Below are positions 31,524 to 39,929 of a stretch of 64,000 nucleotides of DNA, piece by piece. The notes beneath the pieces were generated by a model. That model saw only the letters and a list, made by a program, of their open reading frames with translations. It made no database searches and was not told the DNA's origin. The translations under genes were made by a program, and so were the position numbers. This DNA comes from a virus, in IMG/VR virus record IMGVR_UViG_3300046170_000450, positions 1 through 64,000 of that record, one strand, 5' to 3'. Within the stretch, counting starts at the first letter, position 1. Each line of letters starts with the position of its first letter.

Positions 31524-32231
31524 TTAGCCTATAACAAAACCTGTTTCGTCCTTCTTGGCAAGTCCTTTTTGCACAAGTCCTACAATTTTATTTTTACCAT
31601 CCAAGAAACGCAAGTCAGTTTCATCGCCGTTAACAACTTTAACAGACTTCCAAGACTTTGGAAACTCATTGCGAAAGACTGCCGCGACATTTCCGCCAAG
31701 CTTGAGAACCAAGTCAACCAAGTTGTCATTGCATTCACTGCGCGAAAAAGTAAGATGGTAGTTGCTTGGCATTTTACCTTTGAGATATTTTTGCATACGA
31801 GGAAAAGACTTGGTATAATCGTAGAATTGAACATCTGGATACATTTCCATAAGCGAAAGCTTTTTTCCGTCCGATTCAACCTTTATGCTTTCCCAAGGCA
31901 AGTCACTTGTAAGATTAAGACGGAAGCAAGGCTTCATATCTTTTTTTGCGGAAAGCTTAACAGCGTTGCCAATCTCTTTAGCAAGTTGCCAAGTAAAAGC
32001 ATTTTTATCGGCAAAGAATTTTTGTGTTTTTGCAATGCGAGATTTTTGAACATTCGACATCGCGCCACGTCCAGCGGTGTTAAGACAAGCGGCGGCGCAT
32101 CCAGCAGAAGCGTGAGCGCAAACATTTTTGCCAGCTAAGTTAAAAGGCGCAAGGTGCAGACCAAAAGTAGTCCAGCCAAGTTTTTCGCCTTTGATTGTTT
32201 TCGAGTTTCCTGAGTTTAGTAGTTTAGTCAT
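31524..32231 (-). CDS. GP88-like Cys-cluster protein
   Basis: CAHASAGCAAACLNTAGRG, RLNLTSD, QFYDYTK, NYHLTFS, GDETDLRFLD. Confidence 0.7.
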   Translation of the reverse strand: MTKLLNSGNSKTIKGEKLGWTTFGLHLAPFNLAGKNVCAHASAGCAAACLNTAGRGAMSNVQKSRIAKTQKFFADKNAFTWQLAKEIGNAVKLSAKKDMKPCFRLNLTSDLPWESIKVESDGKKLSLMEMYPDVQFYDYTKSFPRMQKYLKGKMPSNYHLTFSRSECNDNLVDLVLKLGGNVAAVFRNEFPKSWKSVKVVNGDETDLRFLDGKNKIVGLVQKGLAKKDETGFVIG

Positions 32232-32348
32232 AAAAGGTATTATCTTATTTTTTATTAGTTAAGTCAAGGGATTTTCTAACAAAATTTAAAAAAACTTTTT
32301 TAAAAAAAGACTTGACAGCCGAGCGAAGAGCTAGGTAAAAAAAGTTTC

Positions 32349-32425
32349 GTAAGTCGTTGAATACCAAGGACTTACGCGTCGCGGGGGGCCGCGGCCCCGC
32401 AAGTCGTTGATTATCAAGCACTTAT
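32349..32425. repeat. 77-bp element, copy 3
   Basis: GTAAGTCGTTGA-ATA-CCAAGGACTTAC N23 GCAAGTCGTTGA-TTA-TCAAGCACTTAT. Confidence 0.95.
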
Positions 32426-32438
32426 GAATGTCAAGTAA

Positions 32439-32471
32439 AAAAGAAAAAGCCCCGCCCTTTCGGGCGAGGCG
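32439..32471 (-). terminator. Terminator after the DUF932-like gene
   Basis: GCCTCGCCC-GAAA-GGGCGGGGC plus a T tract on the minus strand. Confidence 0.75.
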
Positions 32472-32482
32472 GTGAGGCTAGG

Positions 32483-33268
32483 CTAGGAAGCGTTTAAAAC
32501 CAGCTCGCTTTGCGGAGCTTTCGCCCCTGCGTAGGTGTCGAGGACACTATACAGCGAGTTGGAGCGATTCGCCACGTTGAGCGAGTTGCCGCGCCACACG
32601 TTCGTGAAGGCGTTTTGAAGCGACCAAAGGTCACGCCCCTCGAAATTCTCATGCTCTGGCTTGTGCCATTGTCCGAAGATGTCGGCAATTTGAGTTTTGC
32701 CACACGCACCAGCTTGGAAGCCGCGCAAGATAAGATCATGCGCCGTGCGGTCATCAATCTCGCAAGACTTGTAAGAGTCAATGCGATTGTCGGAAGTAGT
32801 CCAAGAATCCATCAACTGCCCAATCGCACGAGAAATGATTTGCGGTAAGTCGCGCATGATGTGAGTAGTATGACGGCGACCAAGCACAATCTCATTAGAG
32901 AAGATCAGATTAGAGCAAACGAAAGGTGCGTCACCTGCCGAGATGCCTGCACGGAACGCTTTGTCGTGCGAGTTGCGGAGGCACATGACTGTGCCAACGT
33001 CATCCCCATGCTTGCGACCTACGCCGCTAACTTGGAAAAGACCAAAGTAGCGTTGCCCGTAGCGGTGCAAAGCATGATGCTCTTGCACAATGTCAAGCGA
33101 AGGGTTGTTGTCGATAGCCGAGCGAAACTCAGAAACCAAAGCATCGTGAGCAACTGGAGTCCAGCGATCAGAAGCCTCTGGAGTTTTCACAGCTTTGACT
33201 TCATCAAAGTCGCATTGCTTTGATTCGCAAACATTAAGGTTGAGGAAGTTTTCGTTGATAGTAACCAT
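32483..33268 (-). CDS. DUF932-like protein
   Basis: LRNSHDKAF, FVCSNLIF, RRHT, LWSLQNAFT. Confidence 0.8.
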   Translation of the reverse strand: MVTINENFLNLNVCESKQCDFDEVKAVKTPEASDRWTPVAHDALVSEFRSAIDNNPSLDIVQEHHALHRYGQRYFGLFQVSGVGRKHGDDVGTVMCLRNSHDKAFRAGISAGDAPFVCSNLIFSNEIVLGRRHTTHIMRDLPQIISRAIGQLMDSWTTSDNRIDSYKSCEIDDRTAHDLILRGFQAGACGKTQIADIFGQWHKPEHENFEGRDLWSLQNAFTNVWRGNSLNVANRSNSLYSVLDTYAGAKAPQSELVLNAS

Positions 33269-33416
33269 AGTATTAGTATTTAGTATTATTATTTAATTGT
33301 GAGATTACATCTTATAAGAAAAGTGGTGTGGTGTCAAGCGTTTATCGAAATAAAAATGAAATATTTTTTGTTTTTAAACTGGCATGGATCTTGAGCCTAG
33401 GAGCAGTCAAGGTTCC

Positions 33417-33494
33417 GTAAGTCGTTGTTTATCAAGGACTTGCGGGCGCGGGGGGGCCGCAGTCCACGCAAGCCGTTGAATATCAACAACTTAT
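33417..33494. repeat. 77-bp element, copy 4 (78 bp; extra base, possibly in the G run)
   Basis: GTAAGTCGTTGT-TTA-TCAAGGACTTGC N24 GCAAGCCGTTGA-ATA-TCAACAACTTAT. Confidence 0.95.
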
Positions 33495-33854
33495 GAGACT
33501 AGCCTTTATCATTGTAGGTGTCACTTCCACAGAGCCGACTTTGACGGGATAGCGATTAGGGTTAGCCACATAGAAAAATCTGTGCGATTGGTAAGGGTTA
33601 TATTTTACCAACTCAACGGGAGTTTTCTTTGGCTGCTCAACTCTTTCGCCAATGATGAAAGCATGAACGTTTTTTCTTTTCTGTTCCAAGACTCTTCTAC
33701 GTCCTGCTTGCGAGACTTCAAAAGAAGCATTGTTCAAAAAGATTTGCTGAACGTGATCTGTAACACGCCAACCTTTTCCCTCGACCCATGATTGAACCGA
33801 AAGGCATTTTTTGTTGAGGTTGCGATAGACTCTGACTTTGTTTTTGTTTACCAT
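33483..33854 (-). CDS. Conserved hypothetical phage protein
   Basis: VRVYRNLNKKCLSVQ...VSQAGRRRVLEQKRKNVHAFIIG. Stop lies inside repeat copy 4. Confidence 0.8.
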   Translation of the reverse strand: MVNKNKVRVYRNLNKKCLSVQSWVEGKGWRVTDHVQQIFLNNASFEVSQAGRRRVLEQKRKNVHAFIIGERVEQPKKTPVELVKYNPYQSHRFFYVANPNRYPVKVGSVEVTPTMIKASLISC

Positions 33855-34028
33855 GCTGTGCTTTGTATTTCTTTTCTGTGTTCTTCGTAGGTTTCGATGT
33901 ACTCCTGCAAGTCGCCAAGTGTTTCAAACCTAGCTAGTTTTTCTTCGTCTTCCATGCACTCTACCACAATGTCTCCACCTTCTTCGTAGTGTTCGTAACA
34001 GTATTCATTTATTTGTTCGATTGTCATA

Positions 34029-34370
34029 TTATAGTTCCTCCCATCCGACTGATTTACACATTAAGGTTGTTGGGTGTCCGTTAGAATCACGGATCTTAAC
34101 GACATCGCCAACGCTTGTCGAGTGAAAAGTTTCCTTGTCCGAGCAGTTTTCCCACAGAGCCAAAAGAATTTTTTCGTGCGCTTTGGTTATAAGCTCAATC
34201 GGTGCGTTGGTTACGTGAAACAAAAGCTCAGCAAGCTTTGACGGAATGTGTGGATAATCGATGTGTTCTGCATTCAGTCGAACAGAGAAAACGCATTTTC
34301 GAGCGACTTCCCATTTCTGAACAAAAGGTTCATCTTCAGAGCGGTGTAGTGATAAGGTTATTGTTTTCAT
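34029..34370 (-). CDS. Hypothetical protein
   Basis: Own promoter. C-terminal STSVGDVV...CKSVGW motif. Confidence 0.75.
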   Translation of the reverse strand: MKTITLSLHRSEDEPFVQKWEVARKCVFSVRLNAEHIDYPHIPSKLAELLFHVTNAPIELITKAHEKILLALWENCSDKETFHSTSVGDVVKIRDSNGHPTTLMCKSVGWEEL

Positions 34371-34408
34371 ATTAGTATAATGTATTATTTTTTGTGATTA
34401 GTCAAGCA

Positions 34409-34699
34409 TTACTTTGCATAAGACGCATCGTAACCATTTTCTTCTAAGATTTGAATAATTGACGGAGATAGAGCAAAAACTCCATCATAGTCAACCAACT
34501 CTTTGCCCTCAAACCAAAGACCTCCTTCGGCATACCATTCTCCTCCTCCTGTTTTTTCATCGTACATTTCAAACGAGCCATAGTTTTTGTTTGGCTGTAC
34601 ATGCACGGATATATTCATCTGCACTCCATTTTCTTCACGGATTGTTCCGAATGAGTTTTCGAGGGCGAGGTCTTCAGTAGTTGTTTTTGTGATGTTCAT
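34409..34699 (-). CDS. Hypothetical protein
   Basis: Own promoter. The -10/start region is identical to that of the 34370 gene. Confidence 0.75.
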   Translation of the reverse strand: MNITKTTTEDLALENSFGTIREENGVQMNISVHVQPNKNYGSFEMYDEKTGGGEWYAEGGLWFEGKELVDYDGVFALSPSIIQILEENGYDASYAK

Positions 34700-34771
34700 A
34701 TTAGTATAATGTATTATTTGATTCGGCGAGTCAACCCCTTTTTTAAAATTTATTTAAATTTATTTAAATTC

Positions 34772-34848
34772 GTAAGTTGTTGATTATCAAGCACTTGCGG
34801 GTCTGCACTGGCCCCCGCCGCGCAAGTCGTTGACCACCAAGGACTTAC
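34772..34848. repeat. 77-bp element, copy 5
   Basis: GTAAGTTGTTGA-TTA-TCAAGCACTTGC N23 GCAAGTCGTTGA-CCA-CCAAGGACTTAC. Confidence 0.95.
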
Positions 34849-34960
34849 AGAACTCTTAATCCATATAGCGAAAAGCCGCCTTACCCCAAACACACAAAGG
34901 GTAAGACGGCACACACACGTTGCACACACTACAACAAAAGAATTCAAGCTGGCTTTAAAA

Positions 34961-35051
34961 TGGCAGAGAAGATGGGATTCGAACCCATGGAACCTTTTTG
35001 AGGTTCACCTCTTTAGCAAAGAAGCGCTTTCGACCGCTCAGCCACTTCTCT
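34961..35051 (-). tRNA. tRNA-Ser (GCT)
   Basis: AGAGAAG/CTTCTCT acceptor stem, anticodon GCT, long variable arm, TTCGAAT, encoded CCA. Confidence 0.95.
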
Positions 35052-35131
35052 AGAAATTTAAGCCGCCTCGCCCTAACCGCAAGATAGTCACAAGACGAGA
35101 CGGCACACACACATGTTACAACAACAAAAGG

Positions 35132-35383
35132 TTAGACAAGTTTAATTTTTTCGATTCTGTGCTTATAGAAAGAACGGATGCCGCTATGCTTCGCGCCAGT
35201 GGCGTAAGAGTAGGTATTGAACATATCGCCCAAGTCTTCAATGAAGTTCATGTCAATGACATAAGAGCCGACAGTTTCATCAGACTTTTTCTTGTAGGTG
35301 ATTTGAGCCATATTATTCTTAGCGAAAGCGCGACGAACAGCAAGGCGGGTTTTTTGGATTGGATTTAGTTTTAGGTTTTTCAT
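35132..35383 (-). CDS. Small WYL/SH3-like protein
   Basis: ITYKKKSDE...GIRSFYKHRIEKI resembles the WYL pattern. Confidence 0.55.
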   Translation of the reverse strand: MKNLKLNPIQKTRLAVRRAFAKNNMAQITYKKKSDETVGSYVIDMNFIEDLGDMFNTYSYATGAKHSGIRSFYKHRIEKIKLV

Positions 35384-36042
35384 GTTTTCTTTTCTCCGTT
35401 TTGGATTTTCGATTGTTAAGATTATATCTTAGCAGATTTTTATGTTATGTCAATACTTTTTTAGGAAGTTTTGCGATTTTTTCTAACAAGTCATTAGCAG
35501 AGTCTACATTAAGGAAGCCTGCGACATCGTCTGTAATTTCTGGGTGTTTGGCAATGCATCCATTCTCATCCAGCAATGCAAGCTCTAAGCCGTAAGAAGA
35601 ATCGTGTAGGACTACAGAAGCTCCATAGCCATTAGGAAACTCAAAAATCTTTTGCCAACCAAAAAGTTCTTTACGTTCGGTTAATGTCATAGTGTGATGA
35701 GAGGTGGATGAGACTTTGAATATTTGTTGTATGGTGTCTTTGTTCATAAGGCGTATAATATTATTATTTGTTTTGGTTGTCAAGGTTTTGTTTGAAGTTT
35801 CTTCTCCACCTCGCAAGACCAAGCATTCCTATGCGCTTGAAGGTCTCCCAATTTGGCTTGGGGTCTGACAGTTCTAGCCATATTTTCATTCTTCGTTTGG
35901 GATCTATATTCACACCTAATAGTATACCAAACCGAATCGAAATAGCAAGCAAATAAATAGCAAATCGAACACTTTTTTACGGCAAATAGTGTAAAGTATT
36001 GATAGTCAAGGACTTCGGGAACAAAAAAAACTTACAGGTTCT

Positions 36043-36119
36043 GTAAGTTGCTGACTATCAAAGACTTGCGGGTCGGGGCGGGCCCTGGCCTCGCAAGTCG
36101 TTGAGAAACAAGGACTTAC
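36043..36119. repeat. 77-bp element, copy 6 (extra isolated palindrome at 35991-36017)
   Basis: GTAAGTTGCTGA-CTA-TCAAAGACTTGC N23 GCAAGTCGTTGA-GAA-ACAAGGACTTAC. Confidence 0.95.
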
Positions 36120-36310
36120 ACAGTCCCAACGTGCTCCCCGTCGCGCTCGATCGCCCAGCCCTCGTAGAGGTCGATATGCCTCACGTCACCACGCCCAACA
36201 GTAGGGCAGTAGATCATGGCGAGTTGCCCGCAAGAATAGGTGAACATCACCTGCACAGTGCGAGCGTGGTTGCGAGTCGGGCGGAGGAGATCGTCTTTTT
36301 TGATTATCAT
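36116..36310 (-). CDS. Small hypothetical protein
   Basis: Leaderless promoter. TAA stop supplied by repeat copy 6. Confidence 0.75.
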   Translation of the reverse strand: MIIKKDDLLRPTRNHARTVQVMFTYSCGQLAMIYCPTVGRGDVRHIDLYEGWAIERDGEHVGTV

Positions 36311-36382
36311 GACTACAGTCTAACAAAAAAAATCGTTCTGTCAACTGTTTTTTTAAAAAAAATTAAAAAAAATTTAGATTAC

Positions 36383-36459
36383 ATAAGTTATTGATCACCA
36401 AGTACTTGCGCCGCTCACGCCGCCCCCGCCCCGCAAGTCGTTGACTATCAAGGACTTAT
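36383..36459. repeat. 77-bp element, copy 7
   Basis: ATAAGTTATTGA-TCA-CCAAGTACTTGC N23 GCAAGTCGTTGA-CTA-TCAAGGACTTAT. Confidence 0.95.
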
Positions 36460-36654
36460 GAGTTCCTCTTCTCTCTCTTCGCGGACTAGGTCAAAGACCT
36501 CGGCTAGGGTCTTCACCTCACCCGTTTCGCCGTTGGTGAGGGTTTCCTTGTTGCCACAAGGCTCGCAGAATTCGAGCCAGTCGCTACCGAGAACGAGGGT
36601 GTTGGTACCGCCCATAGGGCGGCGAGTGTCGCAGAAACAGCAATGATCAGCCAT
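36448..36654 (-). CDS. Small CxxC...CxxC zinc-binding protein
   Basis: CCFCD...FCEPCG. Stop lies inside repeat copy 7. Confidence 0.7.
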   Translation of the reverse strand: MADHCCFCDTRRPMGGTNTLVLGSDWLEFCEPCGNKETLTNGETGEVKTLAEVFDLVREEREEELISP

Positions 36655-36923
36655 AATTTTTTGTGTGGTTAGGGTTAGCGGAAGTCAGCGTTGTGCATGA
36701 GTTCCTGTTGGAAAAGTCGCTCTTGGCGTTGAGCCTCGCCACGCTCGCGCTCGGATTGCTCGCGAAGCATTGCAGTTTCAAACTCGGCGAACTCAGCCTC
36801 GGACAAGTCAGCCCAAGGGTCGAAGGAAGCAGGAGTGGCGGAAGGAGTGGATGTATTTTTGATTGTCATAATTAAAAGAATAAGAAAAAAGGTTAGGCTG
36901 TCAAGGCTTTTGCGAAAAAAAGA

Positions 36924-37163
36924 TTAGAAATCTGACATTCTTTCTTCGCGTTCCATCGCGTCCCAAGCCTCGTCGTCGAGTTGCTTTTGAGAAGGGACAG
37001 GAAGCGGAGCGACCTCGTCGAGGCGAGAGACGGGAACCCACTGTTCGCCGCCATCTTCATCCAAGACCCAAGCGAGACCCATCTTGACGTCACCGACAAA
37101 GACAGGGATGGAAAGATCGAGGAGGGCTTCTGTGCCAGATTTGATTTGTGTTGTAGTTATCAT
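36924..37163 (-). CDS. Small acidic protein, probable paralogue of 40814..41044
   Basis: Shared pattern ALL..VFV.D..V.D.DG.E..V..L. Own promoter. Confidence 0.7.
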   Translation of the reverse strand: MITTTQIKSGTEALLDLSIPVFVGDVKMGLAWVLDEDGGEQWVPVSRLDEVAPLPVPSQKQLDDEAWDAMEREERMSDF

Positions 37164-37289
37164 ACGAGTATTGTATCAGAGAAAATCGGAAAAGTCAACC
37201 CCTAAACGCATCTTTTTTTGCTTTTTTTTAACTTTTTTTTCGTGCGGCAGATTGGCACGGCAATTGACACGAGCGCAGTTCGGGGTTTC

Positions 37290-37366
37290 GTAAGTCGTTG
37301 TATATCAAGCACTTGCGCGGCGGGGCGGGCCCCCGACCCGTAAGTCGTTGACTATCAGTAACTTAC
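37290..37366. repeat. 77-bp element, copy 8
   Basis: GTAAGTCGTTGT-ATA-TCAAGCACTTGC N23 GTAAGTCGTTGA-CTA-TCAGTAACTTAC. Confidence 0.95.
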
Positions 37367-37791
37367 AGATGCTTTGAGACCTTTGTCCAATAAATTTCTA
37401 GATTTTTTTGCTTTTGGTCGCTCTTTGGATTTGCAACACGCTTCCAAGCTGATCCGCCCCCGTTCCATATAAAAGCAAGATGTTTTGCGTTTAACTTTTC
37501 ACCATTGCGTTTGATATACTTTTCATAGTGACGAAAGATTCCGATTGCGATATTGTGAGAAGTCAAGCGGTTTGACATTTGCTGATGTTTTACATTCGTG
37601 CCGTAGATACGATTATAGTCGTCCAACATGATTGGTCTGATCTGAAGAGAGCCTAACGCTTTTTCGCTTTCGTTATAAGCAGAAGGATTGCAATTGCTTT
37701 CCACTTTTTCTAAAGCAATAATTAAATCAGTTAATGTTGCACCTTGCGCGATTGATGCGCAGATGGCGAATATTAGTATTAGTTTTTTCAT
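37363..37791 (-). CDS. Secreted lysozyme-like / lytic transglycosylase protein
   Basis: Signal peptide, catalytic 'VES', 'GSLQI', 'WNGG'. TAA lies inside repeat copy 8. Confidence 0.8.
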   Translation of the reverse strand: MKKLILIFAICASIAQGATLTDLIIALEKVESNCNPSAYNESEKALGSLQIRPIMLDDYNRIYGTNVKHQQMSNRLTSHNIAIGIFRHYEKYIKRNGEKLNAKHLAFIWNGGGSAWKRVANPKSDQKQKNLEIYWTKVSKHL

Positions 37792-38368
37792 AGTGTTTTT
37801 TTAAAAAACTTTCGATTTCGTTTTGAGGATGTAGGCTCATACAAGAAAAGTAACGTTTATCGGTTTTCCTTCTGGGTGCATTTCAGATATCCCCCTATAG
37901 TGTAAGGGAATGTCTTCTACATAGGTCGATGCCCCGTGGTATTTTGTGCGCACGTAGCACTTAGCGTTTTGCGGCATTTCTTTTAGCTTCGCGATCACCT
38001 CCGCAACTGTAGGTGCGTCCCCGTATTTCCTGTATTTAGTTTCCATTATTTAAAACATCGCCTTTGATACTGCCTTTGACACTTCCCCAGATATTGCCCC
38101 TAACATCTCTGTAGATATTGCCGCCGACATAGCCTCCAATAGAGCCTTTTACATTGCCTCTGATACTGCCTTCAATAGTACCCCTAACATCGCTCCATAT
38201 ATTACCTTCTACAAAGCCATAAACATAGCCGTGGATATCGCCTTCGACATTCAAAACCCTAAGGTTTCCCTCGGAGTCGCGTTTGAACGAAACGAGTTTT
38301 TTGATTTCTTCTAGTGTTGGTTCTTTTTTCATAGTGTTTTTTTAAAAAACTTTCGATTTCGTTTTGAG
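37783..38368. repeat. Exact 45-bp direct repeat (37783-37827 and 38324-38368) bracketing two genes
   Basis: ttttttcatagtgtttttttaaaaaactttcgatttcgttttgag occurs twice. Confidence 0.9.
38036..38332 (-). CDS. Small protein with G-x-I/V-x tetrapeptide repeats
   Basis: VEGDIHGYVYGFVEGNIWSDVRGTIEGSIRGNVKGSI... Confidence 0.75.
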   Translation of the reverse strand: MKKEPTLEEIKKLVSFKRDSEGNLRVLNVEGDIHGYVYGFVEGNIWSDVRGTIEGSIRGNVKGSIGGYVGGNIYRDVRGNIWGSVKGSIKGDVLNNGN

Positions 38369-38589
38369 ACACAGAGAACCCCGTCAGAGTATCCAATGTC
38401 CGTGGCGTATCCAGATTTTATAAATTTGCGCTCTAATTCTTGGAGCCGTAAGTGATAGTGGCACTCTTCGTAGTCTGTTGGCACATATATGCGAACGACC
38501 ATTTCTAGTGGTTCGTCTGGCGTCATTCCCCACCCGATATGTTTTCTTTGAAATGTTAGCTTCATAGTTTATATTGGTTTGTAGTATGG

Positions 38590-38769
38590 TTATTTTTGTT
38601 CGATTGTCAAGCGATTTTGGAAAGTTTTTTCCATTAATTTTTGCTCGGTGCGACCATAGATTGCGCCCCAATTCTTGGCAGGGATCGCAGGGTAGAGTTT
38701 GCGTTGAGTGTTGTAGCTCGCTTGCGTGAGGTGGTCGATTACCGAATCAATTTCTTTATTTGTTATCAT
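38590..38769 (-). CDS. 59-aa protein, copy A (not in ORF track)
   Basis: MITNKEIDSVIDHLTQASYNTQRKLYPAIPAKNWGAIYG... Leaderless promoter. Paralogue at 40571. Confidence 0.8.
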   Translation of the reverse strand: MITNKEIDSVIDHLTQASYNTQRKLYPAIPAKNWGAIYGRTEQKLMEKTFQNRLTIEQK

Positions 38770-38839
38770 GCTTACAGTATGGGGATAAAAACGAGAAAGT
38801 CAACCCTTTTTTTAATTTTTTTAACTTTTTTTCAGTTGC

Positions 38840-38916
38840 GTAAGTCATTCACTATCAAGCACTTGCGTGGCGCGGGCGGCCCTGGCCCCGCAAGTCGTTG
38901 ATATTCAAGGACTTAC
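38840..38916. repeat. 77-bp element, copy 9
   Basis: GTAAGTCATTCA-CTA-TCAAGCACTTGC N23 GCAAGTCGTTGA-TAT-TCAAGGACTTAC. Confidence 0.95.
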
Positions 38917-39050
38917 ATGATTGCGTTTATCGCAACCCCTGAGACGGTGTCAAACATTTTTTGAAACCAGCCAATTTTGTTTGCGATGAAGTAAGTGCAA
39001 GCCGCGATTGTCAAGCAAATTGCAGTTGTTTTGTCAATTATTATTTTCAT
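38913..39050 (-). CDS. 45-aa hydrophobic peptide (not in ORF track)
   Basis: MKIIIDKTTAICLTIAACTYFIANKIGWFQKMFDTVSGVAINAIM*. TAA lies inside repeat copy 9. Confidence 0.65.
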   Translation of the reverse strand: MKIIIDKTTAICLTIAACTYFIANKIGWFQKMFDTVSGVAINAIM

Positions 39051-39364
39051 TTTATTTTATTGCGTTGTCGATTTCCTCAAAGCGATGCCAAGAGCTTTCT
39101 TTGATTTGTTGAGCTTTGTCGTCGAGCTTAAGCCCGACGAACATTGCTAACCCAAGAATTAATCCAAAAAGAACAAGAGCTAAAATTTCCCAAATTTTCA
39201 TTTTTTTTATTCTCCGATTGGGTAGCCTTGCTCTATCCAAGCTTGGCGTTGTAAGTCTTCTCTTTCAGTCTCTCGGTCGAGCGACATGATTAGAAAAGCA
39301 GTAAGGACTCCACACATTACAAGTAGGCAGAGGGCGAGGGTTTTTGTTTCGTTGTCCATTAGTA

Positions 39365-39622
39365 TTATTTTGATTGGTGGTATTCAGCCATATATTGAAC
39401 GCTTCTTTCAAGCTTGTCAAGTATATCTTGAGGGTTAATTCCTTCAGCGATCTTGAGGTTGTTAAGAATCTCTACGTCGCTAGCACGACCGCCGAGTTCA
39501 CGACCGAAGCCATAGCGACCATCTGTAAAAGAACAGCGACCATAAGTGATATCAGTCAAAACCATAGGCTTGTTGTCAACGATGTAAGCCTTACCGAGTG
39601 TGAGTGTGTTTAGTGTTTCCAT
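39365..39622 (-). CDS. Hypothetical protein
   Basis: Own leaderless TTGACA..CATACT promoter. Confidence 0.75.
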   Translation of the reverse strand: METLNTLTLGKAYIVDNKPMVLTDITYGRCSFTDGRYGFGRELGGRASDVEILNNLKIAEGINPQDILDKLERSVQYMAEYHQSK

Positions 39623-39685
39623 GATTAACAGTATGTTTATTTTTGTGTGATTGTCAAGCGATTTTGGAAAGTTTTTTGAGAATTA

Positions 39686-39829
39686 TTAAAGATCCAAAAG
39701 AAGCGTTTCCCAAGTATCAAGCTCGGCGGCGTGGAACTCTGCCTTGTCAAGATCATTCTTTTCAAGTGCTTTTTCGTAACGAGCCTTGTGCAGGGCAATT
39801 TTCTTTTGTATGGATTCTTTTTTAAGCAT
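39686..39829 (-). CDS. 47-aa helical protein (not in ORF track)
   Basis: MLKKESIQKKIALHKARYEKALEKNDLDKAEFHAAELDTWETLLLDL*. Leaderless promoter. Confidence 0.7.
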   Translation of the reverse strand: MLKKESIQKKIALHKARYEKALEKNDLDKAEFHAAELDTWETLLLDL

Positions 39830-39929
39830 GATTACAGTATGGTTAAAAGTAGTGGAAAGTCAAGCGGTTTTTTTAAAAAAAGTAAAAAAAAGTTTTTTTA
39901 AATTGGCACGGAGTTTGAACAGCGGTTTC

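Noticed and set aside
31473-33223. Plus-strand ORFs 31473..32138, 32510..32848, 32861..33223
   Set aside because: Antisense shadows of the GP88-like and DUF932-like genes. Promoters here point to the minus strand.
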